A stretch of 63,028 bases of DNA, filler included, from Octopus bimaculoides (GCF_001194135.2; 3 parts of 3 records of this genome joined end to end with filler, not necessarily neighbours in it); one strand, 5' to 3'. Counted from the whole stretch's first letter, positions 26,030-38,015 are shown. The notes: generated by a model from the sequence alone, not told the origin. Numbers and translations are program-made.

Positions 26030-26900
26030 CACTGATATTGTCAAGACGTTGCTTTCGTAGCGCTGTTGAAGTGAAGAAATTTGAAGGCGCAACTATAAGG
26101 TAAGACATTTGTTTTGGGGGGATTCAGTCGGGGTTTGTTGTTTGTTGTTCATTTTATTTTTGTGAACAAGAAATTCCTACTGAGTTCCGAGGCATTTGTC
26201 TGCGTATAGTTGTGCTGTCTCACTTAATTGTGAAAATTTTTGTCTTGGGGGCGTATCTCGCCTCCGAAACATTGTGAAATATTTTGGAAAATCCTACCAA
26301 TTTGTGGCGGATTTTTTTGTGTTCCTGCTGCCGTGACCATGGAGTACCATTTAGGAGTACTTTTTTGGAGTAGCCTGGATTACTGGATGGCAAGAATTGT
26401 GTGTTGCCGTGATTTGAACTATCTTCCTTCTTTCTTTTTCTCTGCTTTGCCTTTCTGCTCTTTGTATTCCTTCAAACTATTTTTTTGGACTTTGTTTAGA
26501 CTTTTTGTTTTGAACTGTTTATTGGACTTTTTTTCTTCAAGCATGGCCAAGAATGTGAACACTGTGTTGGAGTGGGAAATTATCCCACCCAGGCAATGGT
26601 TAAAAAAAGAAAGGTGGGCAACAATGGTTGCCCATCGAAGGATCCTAAAGCTACGGGAGGGAAGGAAGATCCTCCGGATAAAGCGGGGTACCACACCCTC
26701 CCGTAGCACAACAGAGAGAAAAAAATAAAAAATAATAACATTGCCGGTGGTTAGTAGTACACTACCGGCATGTCCTGAAACCTCGTCGAATTGTGCGACC
26801 GACAGAGGAAACTGTGGCCCCTCCCAGTGCGATGACGGATGATTTTGTGATCTTCTTTCATAAGGGAGGGTGCAGTGGCCCTGAACTAAAAACTACAAGG
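26030..26900 (+). mobile_element. Possible 5' UTR plus ORF1 start of an L1/Tx1-like LINE
   Basis: Long T-rich leader, then AAGCATGGCC start at ~26543 giving MAKNVNTVLEWEIIPPRQWLKKERWATMVAHRRILKLREGRKILRIKRG, which is protein-like and basic. Identity as ORF1 is inference. Confidence 0.4.
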
Positions 26901-27119
26901 TTACAAAGATAATATTACTCAGTCATACCTGGCTGATGTTCTTCCTGTTTTAAGATGGAATGAAGTAACTTGAAAGAAAGGGAGAAGTTCGGTTGCAATT
27001 TTTAGAACACTGAGTAACCACACTGAGATTCTCTTGAGTATGTATGAGGTGGTATAGCTGCCGTTACTCTGGCTAAGACAAAAATTCATACAGTATTTGT
27101 TCCGGCCTGTAACGCAGTG

Positions 27120-27445
27120 TGCTGGCGGAATCGTTACCGTGTCGGACACAATGTTTAGCGGCATTTCGACCGTCTGTACGTTCTGAGTTCAAATCCCGCC
27201 GAAGCCCACTTTATCTATCATCCTATCGGGGGTCGATAAAATAGTACCAGTTGATCACTGGCGTCGATGTAATCGACTCAGCCCCTCTCCCCAAACTGCT
27301 GGCGTTGTGCCAAAATTTGAAACCGAAATTTGGTTCGGCCTTTTGCACTTCGAGTTCTAATCTCATTACGGATAACTTTGCTTTTCATTCTTTCGGGGTC
27401 GATAAAATAAAGTATCAGCTTAGGATAGTAGAGAACCAGTTAAGA
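27120..27445 (+). mobile_element. SINE family D copy plus adjacent partial second copy
   Basis: GCTGGCGGAATCGTTA...GAGTTCAAATCCCGCCGAAG...GGGGTCGATAAAATAGTACCAGTTG, tail GCTGGCGTTGTGCCAAAATTTGAAACC, then a second TTCGGGGTCGATAAAATAAAGTA. Confidence 0.8.
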
Positions 27446-27717
27446 ATTTGAAAAAGAAAGTGTTTATTTGGTTGAAATTTTGACAAGTAAATAGTCGGTG
27501 GTTATTATATAAACCCTTGGTTAATGAGTCACAAGGTGATTTCGAACTCAGAACGTGATCCAGGATTTGTGTCAAAACACAGTTTGACAAAAAAGTGCAA
27601 AATAAAAGAAATAGATATGAATAGATTTGCTTGCATAGCTGTGTGATCCTGATGATATGTGAATATATATGCGCGTAAGAGTATTTATATATATATATAT
27701 ATGCGCGTAAGAGTATT

Positions 27718-27769
<52 letters not shown>

Positions 27770-28566
27770 TATANNNNNNNNNNNNNNNNNNNNNNNNNNN
27801 NNNNNNNNNNNNNNNNNNNNNNNNNNNNNNNNNNNNNNNNNNNNNNNNNNNNNNNNNNNNNNNNNNNNNNNNNNNNNNNNNNNNNNNNNNNNNNNNNNNN
27901 NNNNNNNNNNNNNNNNNNNNNNNNNNNNNNNNNNNNNNNNNNNNNNNNNNNNNNNNNNNNNNNNNNNNNNNNNNNNNNNNNNNNNNNNNNNNNNNNNNNN
28001 NNNNNNNNNNNNNNNNNNNNNNNNNNNNNNNNNNNNNNNNNNNNNNNNNNNNNNNNNNNNNNNNNNNNNNNNNNNNNNNNNNNNNNNNNNNNNNNNNNNN
28101 NNNNNNNNNNNNNNNNNNNNNNNNNNNNNNNNNNNNNNNNNNNNNNNNNNNNNNNNNNNNNNNNNNNNNNNNNNNNNNNNNNNNNNNNNNNNNNNNNNNN
28201 NNNNNNNNNNNNNNNNNNNNNNNNNNNNNNNNNNNNNNNNNNNNNNNNNNNNNNNNNNNNNNNNNNNNNNNNNNNNNNNNNNNNNNNNNNNNNNNNNNNN
28301 NNNNNNNNNNNNNNNNNNNNNNNNNNNNNNNNNNNNNNNNNNNNNNNNNNNNNNNNNNNNNNNNNNNNNNNNNNNNNNNNNNNNNNNNNNNNNNNNNNNN
28401 NNNNNNNNNNNNNNNNNNNNNNNNNNNNNNNNNNNNNNNNNNNNNNNNNNNNNNNNNNNNNNNNNNNNNNNNNNNNNNNNNNNNNNNNNNNNNNNNNNNN
28501 NNNNNNNNNNNNNNNNNNNNNNNNNNNNNNNNNNNNNNNNNNNNNNNNNNNNNNNNNNNNNNNNNN

Positions 28567-28612
<46 letters not shown>

Positions 28613-29109
28613 GTGTGTGTGCGTGTGTATATGTATATATATCATGCATGTTTCAGCACGTATGTGCGTAAGCATGATTTAAGCAGAGTGTGTATTTTAT
28701 TTTCTGTTTAACAATGTGTATATGTTTGCGCATTAAGAAAGAAAGCAATAAAGAAAGAAAAGAAGAAAGAAAGTAAGACAGGCAGACCACCGTCTGTTTA
28801 AATATGTGTGAATGTTTATGATGTTTGAAGAGGGCGGCTTAAACTAAAACGTATATTTATTGCACAGCTATAATGCTCTGTATAATGGTCTGCTATGCTC
28901 ATGTTAATATTATATAATTATTACAGTGAATCCAGGTCAAAATGTTCAGTTAAGCATTTCACCAACGACTGTCTAACAACGTAATGTGGAGTTAACAATG
29001 TTTTAAGAGAATATAACTACTGCATAATTGATTAATGCGTATATTATATAAATATACATACATACATACATATATATATATAAATATGCATAAAGTCATT
29101 AATTTCAGA

Positions 29110-29287
29110 GGAGGGAGTAAGTCGGTTTCATCGACTCCAATTCTTAACTGTCACTTATTTTCCGACTACGAAAAGATAACCAATAAAAATCGACCTTGGT
29201 GGAATTTGAATCAGAACGTAAAGACGGACGAAATGCTGCTAAGCATTTTGCCCGGACAGCTTATGATTCTACCAGCTCGCTGCCTTT
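29110..29287 (-). mobile_element. SINE family D
   Basis: Reverse complement of the D consensus (GGAATTTGAATCAGAACGTAAAGACGGACGAAATGCTGCTAAGCATTTTGCCCGG...CCAGCTCGCTGCC). Confidence 0.75.
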
Positions 29288-29309
29288 AGATGGTTATAGA
29301 TATTGGTAT

Positions 29310-29694
29310 GTTGTTGTCGGCACTCCGTCGCTTACGATATCGAGGGTTCCAGTTGATCCGATCAACGGAACAGCCTGCTCGTGAAATTAACGTGCAAGTG
29401 GCTGAGACTCCACAGACACGTGTACCCTTAACGTAGATCTCGGGGATATTCAGTGTGACACAGTGTGACAAGGCTGACCCTTTGAATTACAGGCACAACA
29501 GAAGCAGGAAGTAAGAGTGAGAGAAGTTGTGGAGAATGAGTACAGCAGGGTTCACCACCATCCCCTGCTGGAGCCTCGTGGAGCTTTAGGTGTTTTTGCT
29601 CAATAAACACTCACAATGCCCGGTCTGGGAATCGAAACCGCGATCCTATGACCGCGAGTCGGCTTCCCTAACCACTAGGCCATTGCGCCTCCAC
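29310..29694 (-). mobile_element. SINE family A, full length
   Basis: Near-identical to 18158-18538. Confidence 0.9.
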
Positions 29695-29701
29695 AGATAA
29701 T

Positions 29702-29830
29702 ATCTATAATAATAAATGCGTAAGTCTGTATGTCTGCCCGTCTGTCCAGGACCCCTGTATCTCAGTCTACATTTGCTCTACATAAACATGTTATACCTAT
29801 TTGAGATCAGAACGATCCCTGGATTGAAAG
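29702..29830 (+). mobile_element. Possible non-autonomous Helitron 5' end
   Basis: ATCTATAATAATAAATGCG followed by GTCT-type microsatellite, the usual start of non-autonomous Helitrons. No 3' hairpin or CTRR found. Confidence 0.3.
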
Positions 29831-30029
29831 CCTGCCCTTCATTTGGTCCTTGAGCATCTACCGTTGGGATCAAGTCTGGATGAGGATTTGTCATATGCTA
29901 ACAGTTAAAAATTCAAATTTTAAACGAACTTCAAAAATTCAATTTAAAGTAATACCATATTGGTAGCGTAATATATTTATAAACTAATAAATGCTTTATT
30001 CCTTATTTATCTTTGAACTGCAGGCCCAA

Positions 30030-30870
30030 TTATCGCATTGCAAGAGCTAACTTAAAAGTCTGCACGGTGTGTGGATATTTATATATACCTGATGGGCAAA
30101 ACGTCACAGTTGTATTGTCGTCCTTGTTGTGTGGGCTGTGGCCCCGCCCTGTTGGAACCACATTTCAGGTTTATCTCGAACAGCTGAGAGTAAGAAATTT
30201 TCGATCATAGACCGATATTCATCTCCTGTAATAGTGACAGAGTTCTCATAGTCATCTTCGAAAAAATACGGTCCTACCACTTCTAATATTCCACACCAGA
30301 GCATACAATTAAGGAGATGCAATTCCCTTTGGTAAATTGCCCTAGGATTTTCCGAATCTCAAATCCTGCAGTTTTCTTCGTTAATGAAGCCATTAAAATG
30401 TAAATGTGCTTCATCTGACATTATCAGCTTGCAAACAAATTTAGGATCTTCTCTTGGTTTGCTATACGGTATATTGCAATCTGGTGACTTCACAAGTTGC
30501 ACCAACTGGATTTTATATAGAAAAGGGTTCAAGATTTTCAGGATAAGTCAGAGCGACGTCCAGAGACTCCTCTCCATCCTGTCCAGAACGCATTCCTGTT
30601 GATGTGTTCAAGTCTTCTTTAACACTCTCCCTTACACGACTGACTGTGAGTTCGTTCCTAACGGAGTGGGGTATGCAAGTTCCTGGAAGGTCGCTTACTA
30701 ACCCCTGTCCCTCAAAAGGACCAATCAAACGTCTAATCATTGATTCGCTTGGAGAATCCCAGACATCGTAATGTCGACGATATGCTCGTTGAATTAGAAT
30801 TATTGACCCTTGCTTTTGATTGTAAAATTTAACAGTTTGTGTTCTCCAAGATCTTCTTTACAAAGACTGT
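30030..30870 (-). mobile_element. Tc1/mariner rosa-like (DD41D-type) transposase remnant
   Basis: Minus translation IQRAYRRHY..SPSESMIRRL, LYKIQLVQ, IMSDEAHLHFNGFINEENCRI*DSENP, LWCGI..VGPYFFED...ITGDEYRSMIENFL...MWFQQGGATAHT. The third catalytic D region is eroded, so spacing is not measurable. Confidence 0.85.
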
Positions 30871-30949
30871 AGAGAAAAAAGAGAAAAGAAATTAATTTTC
30901 AGAAAAATAGTTATCAAATATCGCAACACATTCGTGACCTTTGGCCCCG

Positions 30950-31130
30950 GTGTAACTGTGTGGTAAGAAGTTTGCTCCGAGCTCGATCTCACGGTATGCC
31001 ATCTTGGGCAAGTGTCTTCTGTTATAGCTTCGGACTGACCTTGTGAACGGATTTGGTAGAGGGTAGCTTTGCGTATATATACACACACACACACACACGC
31101 ACACACACACACGAACACACACACACACAC
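30950..31130 (+). mobile_element. SINE family B, 5' module running into (CA)n and gap
   Basis: CTGTGTGGTAAGAAGTTTGCT...CTTGGGCAAGTGTCTTCTGTTATAGC...GGATTTGGTAGA. Confidence 0.7.
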
Positions 31131-31544
31131 NNNNNNNNNNNNNNNNNNNNNNNNNNNNNNNNNNNNNNNNNNNNNNNNNNNNNNNNNNNNNNNNNNNNNN
31201 NNNNNNNNNNNNNNNNNNNNNNNNNNNNNNNNNNNNNNNNNNNNNNNNNNNNNNNNNNNNNNNNNNNNNNNNNNNNNNNNNNNNNNNNNNNNNNNNNNNN
31301 NNNNNNNNNNNNNNNNNNNNNNNNNNNNNNNNNNNNNNNNNNNNNNNNNNNGTAGGAATGAAATTTAAGATCTCTTGGTTTTATGTGAATCGATTTTGAT
31401 AAAACTTCTCCCAGTTGGTTTGTACACTATGGCAACACCATTGTTATGTTTTCATTATTCTGTGTAAAATCTTTTTTTTTTATACTTCAGATTCTTTAGT
31501 TTTGGGGTGAACCACGCCAATAGCTTTTGAATGAAAATAGCCCA

Positions 31545-31696
31545 TCTATCTATCTATCGGTCTATCTGTCTGTCTGTGTGCCTGTCTGTCTGTCTGTCTG
31601 TCCGTCCGTCCGTCCGTCTGTCTGTCTGTTTGTCTTTCTATATATCTGTTTATCTATCTCCCATTGCATATGTGTGTGTGTGTTTGTGTGTGTGTT

Positions 31697-31734
<38 letters not shown>

Positions 31735-31750
31735 TATGCGTGTATGTGTG
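31545..31750. repeat. Compound (TCTA)/(TCTG)/(TCCG)/(TG) microsatellite
   Basis: Directly visible. Confidence 0.9.
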
Positions 31751-32249
31751 TATCAAAATTCCCGGCGTTTCCTAGGCTACAAATAGCTATAAATGGCACA
31801 GAATTATCCTAATAAAACCATTTTCTGCGTAATAGAACACTATTAAATGTATAATATTCTACATTTATTTTCAACGTAAGAAAAGAAATTGTTTTCCTGA
31901 GTTTTTAACAATTTTGAGTATATTGCACTGAGTTGCTGTTTCAAGCTTAATATAATTAGCTATATTTCGTTCTTTAATTATGAAAATGCGATATGTTTAA
32001 TTAAACTATATTAATGAAGTGCACAAGGTTAAATGAAAGCAAAAGAGTTTTCATTTCATTTGAAAGTATTAGTTAGCAATATAGTTAATATTTTATTCGT
32101 CTAATTCTTCAATAACTTTACATAAAAAGACTTAATAAAGAAAGGAGTGCTGAGAGGTTCACCAGTCTTAGATGTAAGCCATTCTAGTAACAAGTTGCTA
32201 CTGACACCACGTATCACTATTTGGAACTAGCGTCTATATGTAATATGGC

Positions 32250-32340
32250 ATATTGCGTAAGTGCCTTCTGTTATAACCTCCGGTCGAGCAAAGCCTGGTG
32301 AGTGGATTTGATAGACGGAAACTGAAAGAAACCCATCATG

Positions 32341-32399
<59 letters not shown>

Positions 32400-32590
32400 N
32401 NNNNNNNNNNNNNNNNNNNNNNNNNNNNNNNNNNNNNNNNNNNNNNNNNNNNNNNNNNNNNNNNNNNNNNNNNNNNNNNNNNNNNNNNNNNNNNNNNNNN
32501 NNNNNNNNNNNNNNNNNNNNNNNNNNNNNNNNNNNNNNNNNNNNNNNNNNNNNNNNNNNNNNNNNNNNNNNNNNNNNNNNNNNNNNNNNN

Positions 32591-32625
<35 letters not shown>

Positions 32626-32705
32626 CTGTCTATGTTTGTCCCCCAGCATTGCTTGACAACAGGTGTTGTTGTGTTTACATCCCCGCAACTTAGCAGTTCG
32701 GTAAA
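32250..32705 (+). mobile_element. SINE family B (head-truncated) with internal (TG)n and gap
   Basis: GCCTGGTGAGTGGATTTGATAGACGGAAACTGAAAGAAACCC...GCTTGACAACAGGTGTTG..AACTTAGCAGTTCGG. Confidence 0.75.
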
Positions 32706-32714
32706 GTGAGCCAC

Positions 32715-33630
32715 TTTCCGGCTTGGTCCAATGGCTTTTTCACTGATTTTCCCCCTTTTGAGATTCATTACACCACATTTCTCGATCCCAAATTTCATGC
32801 CAGTATCTTTGCTAATCATCTGCCCAATTGCCGTCAAACTCTCACAGTCTTCTTTCCCAGTCTCGGCAAATAGCTTTAGGTCATCCATAAACCACAGGTT
32901 GTTTACTTTGACCCTGCCAAGCATGTGCCTTCATATTTACCTCTCCCAGCTTATCTCCCCACGTTGCCATTGCATTTTGTATTAACTTCAGGATATTGTG
33001 GGAGAACTTACGCAGTATAAAGCATTCAATAATCCACAAGTGTGGGACCATGTCATGTGCTTTCCTGTAGTCCACCTATGTCATCGCCAAATTATTACTT
33101 AGTCTCATCACCCGCTCAGAAGCATTGGCCATTTTCTCTACTGTTCTCGACCCTGGGCTGTCTTTTTGCTTCTCACCAGTTCGATCTCTATTTTTAAAAC
33201 CCTACAAACTTACAGCTTTCTTTTAGTTGTCACGTCATATGTTTTCCTGACGGAGGACCTTCCTCTTCCAGGTCTTGTTGGTTTTGAGTTGCCATACATG
33301 CTTCCGTGCTTTTTACGTAAACCCATTTGTACCTCTGAGGAAAGATGTTCCATATTGATCTGGCTTCTATCTTTTGACCTGTCCAAGATCGGTGGCCCTA
33401 CCAGGCGGTTATCCTCTGCTTGAATTGCTCTGGGGGTTATTAAGGCACACAAGCCACCAGATCGCAAAAATGACTGCGATGAATGCTTAAGATAGAAGGA
33501 TTTAAGTTGAGGGAAATTTGGTTGTTGTTTTAAGCAAATCGGCCAGTCGCTTATGTGCCCCTTCATCTGGTCTTCCACCGAAACTAATTGGAGAAAATTG
33601 CTCCAATCAGTTTCAGAGAAAGACAATTTT
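32715..33630 (-). mobile_element. R4/Dong-like (R2-superfamily) non-LTR retrotransposon RT remnant
   Basis: LAMT*VDYRKAHDMVPHLWIIEC (compare LSMAWIDYKKAFDSVPHSWI), NNLWFMDDLKLFA, SKDTGMKFGIEKCGVMNLKRGK. Frameshifted and internally deleted. Confidence 0.8.
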
Positions 33631-34224
33631 AGATGATGGAAATATTCTTGGAAAATAGACTGATGTCGCAGACAATGACCTTCTTCATTAAAAGATTGTT
33701 TCTAAGAAATTAAATATGATGGAATATAATGTAATGCTTTGACTACAGCTCTAGATACACCAGATAATATGTTGTTTCGATAACTATCTCCCACGAATCC
33801 AGAAGCAGGGTTAAATAGTTTATTCACTGTTTATTCTGAAATATTAGAATATCTGGCACCACTAACATCTTTCTTCCGATCCAAAGTATCAAGAAAAGAA
33901 GAAAAAAAAACTTAGAAGAAGCTTGTATTGCTATCCAAGCTTTTAGTTTGATTGATGGATTTAGTTTCAGTTCCGCAGTATCAGAATCTGTTCAAGATTC
34001 AACGTCCATGAGGTTTTTGTTCTTGATCTTTGTTGCTGATCTGTGTGTGTGTGTCTGTGTGTGTGTCTTAAATTTATTGATTACTCGCTAAAATATAAAG
34101 CGTAAAACATTGTTGTTTGTCGTATTTTAAATGTTTCTTGGGATATATGTTGGTGCAATACGCGTGGTGCCAAAAATAATGATACATTCTAAAAGGAATA
34201 AATGAATGAAACAGTGATAGATGT

Positions 34225-34590
34225 ATGGAAGTTAAAATTTTGCTTTCTAATCACTTAGTTTCAGGTTCAGTCCCACTGCGTGGCACCTTGAACAAGTTTC
34301 TTCTTTTATAAACCCGGACATTGAATGAATTTGTCAAATGAAAACTGAAAAGAAGCTGTTGTGTATGTATATGTGTGTGTGTGACTGCGAGTGTGTATGT
34401 GTGTACGAATACAATAGTGTTTTAAGACTCACCACTTGACAAACAGTTATGGTTTGTTTATGTCCCCGTAAATTAGAGACTCAGCAAAAAGCAACCGATT
34501 GTAATAGCATCAGACCTTAAAAAATAAATACAAGAGTTTATTCGGTTAAGCTGAAACTCCACGTCATTATGCCCTAGCATGAAACAAATG
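34225..34590 (+). mobile_element. Old SINE family B copy
   Basis: GGTTCAGTCCCACTGCGTGGCACCTTGAACAAG...CCACTTGACAAACAG..GTTTGTTTATGTCCCCGTAA. Confidence 0.65.
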
Positions 34591-35005
34591 AAAGACAGAA
34601 TGAAACAGAGATACATTGACACATGCATAGTTTAAAGAGAAGACCAATATATCTAAAGTAATAATGAATGAATGGTGATTAATGTGGTAAAGTCTGTACT
34701 GACCTCCATATAACACGGGTATTTTATTTAATATTTTATTTTAGATTGGGTGGAATCATGCGTTCAATTTCAATCCCATTATACAGTACCGTGGGCAAAT
34801 TTCATTTAAGATAACCTTGGATTAACCCGGTAAAATTGTTTTGACGGAATCCGATCGAAAGCCAGTCGAGGCAATCCTTACGAATTATGAATTAAATCGT
34901 AAAGAACAGTGCATTGATAAAATCGTTATAGCGATAAAATGCTTTGTGGAATTTAGCTGTGTCAGTTTAGTTATGTCAGTTTAAATATCACGGGGAAAAA
35001 ACTTT

Positions 35006-35195
35006 GCCTTTCCTCTGGTAGGACTGATGGATTAATATGGCATTCAAAGTATTGGATTCGATATCATCTTCTGTATCCTAACCTATCCAAATCGTATGAC
35101 AGTAGAATACAGATTAATCGTTATTAGTTTACCACAAGGTGTGTGGATTTTCAAAATCTTTGGAACGTAAGAAAAAGTGTTTTTCGATATTTGTT
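35006..35195 (+). repeat. ~190-bp direct repeat, copy 1 (copy 2 at 36753-36945)
   Basis: GCATTCAAAGT.TTGGATTCGATATCATCT...AACCTATCCAAA.CGTATGAC...TTAATCGTTATTAGTTTAC...AAGGTGTGTGGATTTTCAAAATC is present in both copies. Confidence 0.9.
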
Positions 35196-35699
35196 CCTGC
35201 TCTTTACATTCTCAGTTCAAATCCTTGTCAACTTTACTTTCAGCTTTCCAGAATCGATACCATGAAGCACCAGCCAAGGGCTGGAATCAGTGTATTCGAC
35301 AAACCCTCACTTTTTTATACTGCTGACCTTGTGCCTAATTTAAAAACCATTATTTGTTTTACTAAATGGAGAATAGTTTTTAAAAAAATGATAAAGCGTC
35401 CAGCAAATTTATCGATGTTCCTATATGTCCTTTGTTCAACACGTTAAGGTGTAACTTTACCTTCTAACTCCCAAACTCTGTTAACTGAATAGCTCGAGCG
35501 TACTGTTACTAGCTGTTATGAACTGTAATACAGCCACACAAGCTATACAGCTTAGTACGAAAATACAGAATATTCGGTTGGAAGGTGATCTACTGAAACA
35601 CGTGCATAAAAATTCCTAAATTTACCTTCTAAGTATCGGAAAGAAAAAAAAAGCTCACGATGTGACAGATGGAAGAAGAATAGGTATGCTCCAACATCC

Positions 35700-35830
35700 A
35701 GATGGATTTCATTTCAGCTGAATGAACAGGAGCAACAAGAAATAATGTACGTTGCTCAACACACAATGCACCCCTTTTTCACCCTAGGAAACTAATCAAC
35801 GTGACTCCAACATTCTAAATACCAGGTCAT
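35700..35830 (-). mobile_element. Old SINE family C-like fragment
   Basis: CAGCTGAATGAACAGGAGCAACAAGAAATAATGTACGTTGCTCAA resembles the C central domain. Confidence 0.4.
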
Positions 35831-36078
35831 GCAGCTATAAAATAAGATTTCAATATATATATATAGGGGAGAGACAGACAGAGAGAATGCCTCTGTGTGT
35901 GTGTGTTTCTGTGTGAATTAGGTTTCCTTTGTTTACGTTCCTCACTCCTCTTTTTAACCCCAGGAGGACACCTCATCTAGTTAGTTAACGGCACACCATC
36001 TGTGTCCTTTATATAACAACCAAGGGAGCAAACAACCCCCGTCCAGCGTTGACAGGACAAGTAGACCAGATGGTTTCA

Positions 36079-36649
36079 GGGTCTTACCCTTCCTCAGTAC
36101 TGGTACACCTCTATGCTAGACATGGCAGTCGTTCGTCCCGCTTCGCTATATATAAATAAATAAGCGACGTTCAGCCGCTGATCTTGCAACAAGCAAAGTA
36201 GCTAGTTCTAAAATCTCCGTAAGAGATGCAACTAGTAACTTTACTGCAAAGCAATGGTTGTTACCACCTTAATATGTTGTTGTTGTTTTTTTCTGTACAG
36301 AACATTATTACTACTTTTTTTTAACCCCATGAGGACAACTAGTTAATGACGCACTATCTGTGTTCGTTATATTGCAAACGGAGGAACGAAAACTCCCATC
36401 TAGCGTTGACACGACCGGAAGTAACAGTGTTCTGTACAGAACAACCACATTAAAGTGGTAACAACCATTACTTTTCAGTAAGATTTCTACTTGCATCACT
36501 AATAGAAATTTTAGAACTGGCTACTTTGCTTATTGCAAGATCAGTGGGTGAATGTCACTTATTTATTTATATATTGCGAAGTAGGACGAATGGCTGTCAT
36601 GTCAATCTTAGGGGTATACCAGTACCAGTACTATGGAAGAGTAAGACCC
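36079..36649. repeat. Long imperfect inverted repeat (arms 36079-36304 and 36428-36649, ~120-bp spacer)
   Basis: The reverse complement of the right arm aligns colinearly with the left arm, e.g. ATATATAAATAAATAAG.GAC.TTCA.CC.CTGATCTTGCAA.AAGCAAAGTAGC.AGTTCTAAAAT. Roughly 80% identity by eye. Confidence 0.9.
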
Positions 36650-36752
36650 ATTTTGCTTTCCATTTTGTATCCAATCTATATAAGTTCAGTTATTGCTCTG
36701 TCTTTCTTTCCAGATAATGTTTTTTATGCTCCATGTATCTAATCTTCCTAAC

Positions 36753-36945
36753 GCCTTTCCTCTAGTAGATCTGATGAATTAAAATAGCATTCAAAGTCTT
36801 GGATTCGATATCATCTCCTATACCTTAACCTATCCAAAACGTATGACTTTAGAACTCAGTTTAATCGTTATTAGTTTACTAGAAGGTGTGTGGATTTTCA
36901 AAATCATTGAGACGTAAGGAAAAGTCGTTTTCCGATGTTTGTTAT
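36753..36945 (+). repeat. ~190-bp direct repeat, copy 2
   Basis: See 35006-35195. Confidence 0.9.
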
Positions 36946-37158
36946 TTTGGAATTGGTATATAATAGAAACAAAAATTTTAATATTTAAGGAATAGTATGA
37001 GAAATGAGGATAGTTAATAAAGGGTGATTGTCAGAAGAGGTGGGAAGTGGTAACGATCCACTCATTCATCAACCGGGCGCCTTAACCATTAATTCTACAC
37101 GTGCCTTCACATAATGAAGTAGATATATGTATTTAAATAGGACTAGCTACAGGAAGTT

Positions 37159-37184
37159 CATCACAGTCGTCGTCGTCATCGTTG

Positions 37185-37219
<35 letters not shown>

Positions 37220-37297
37220 GCAATCATCTTCATCGTCATCGTCGTCATCATCGTCTGCATCATCATCATTATCGTCATCATCGTCCTCCTCCTCATT

Positions 37298-37336
<39 letters not shown>

Positions 37337-37432
37337 GTCGTCGTCGTCGTCGTCGTCTTGTTCTTCTTGTTCTTGTTCTTGTTCTTCTTGTTCTTGTTCT
37401 TGTTCTTCTTCTTGTTCTTCTTCTTCTTCTTC

Positions 37433-37487
<55 letters not shown>
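37159..37487. repeat. Compound trinucleotide array (TCA/TCG)-(TTG/TTC)-(TTA)
   Basis: Directly visible. Confidence 0.95.
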
Positions 37488-37488
<1 letters not shown>

Positions 37489-37939
37489 AGCGTCTGAGGG
37501 GAGCGCCACTTTGGCTGCGACCTAATGACTGGAACCGCTAAAAGACGTCTTTTACTATATCTCACACACTCACACATACTCACACAATACACACACACAC
37601 ACGCGCGCGCAGAAACACACCCATTAGTGAAGTGTATTTGTCTGTCTCTACGCGCGGACGATTTGATGTGATGAAATCTTTAACTCAATAACTCGGTTTC
37701 GATTCCCAGATGGAATTCATTATGCTGTTAATGTATTACAGGAAGGAGTACACACATTATATCTTTCTATTATCTACTCTGTCAAAGTCAAATATAAAGA
37801 TAATATCTGTCTTCCTGTATGTAATGAAATGTGTAAAACAAGTTTTTGCGACATTCACTAATAGACACACATCTAACTTTGATATAAAACTTTCTACAAA
37901 GAAACATCAGCAAAAATATAAAAACAAATAAAATAAAAT

Positions 37940-37941
37940 AA

Positions 37942-38003
<62 letters not shown>

Positions 38004-38015
38004 CAACAACAACAA
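37940..38015. repeat. (AAT)n(AAC)n microsatellite
   Basis: Directly visible. Confidence 0.95.

Noticed and set aside
27572-28711. Long 300-370 aa ORFs (similar ones at 1553, 3990, 24248, 39140, 44974, 47626, 58580, 60057)
   Set aside because: They are open only because N runs and dinucleotide repeats contain no stops.
35006-36945. LTR retrotransposon call for the direct-repeat pair
   Set aside because: No TG..CA termini, PBS, PPT, TSD or internal coding remnant were found.
37127-37598. Poly-Ile/Ser/Met/Asn/Lys ORFs
   Set aside because: These are translations of a compound microsatellite with no splice or homology support.
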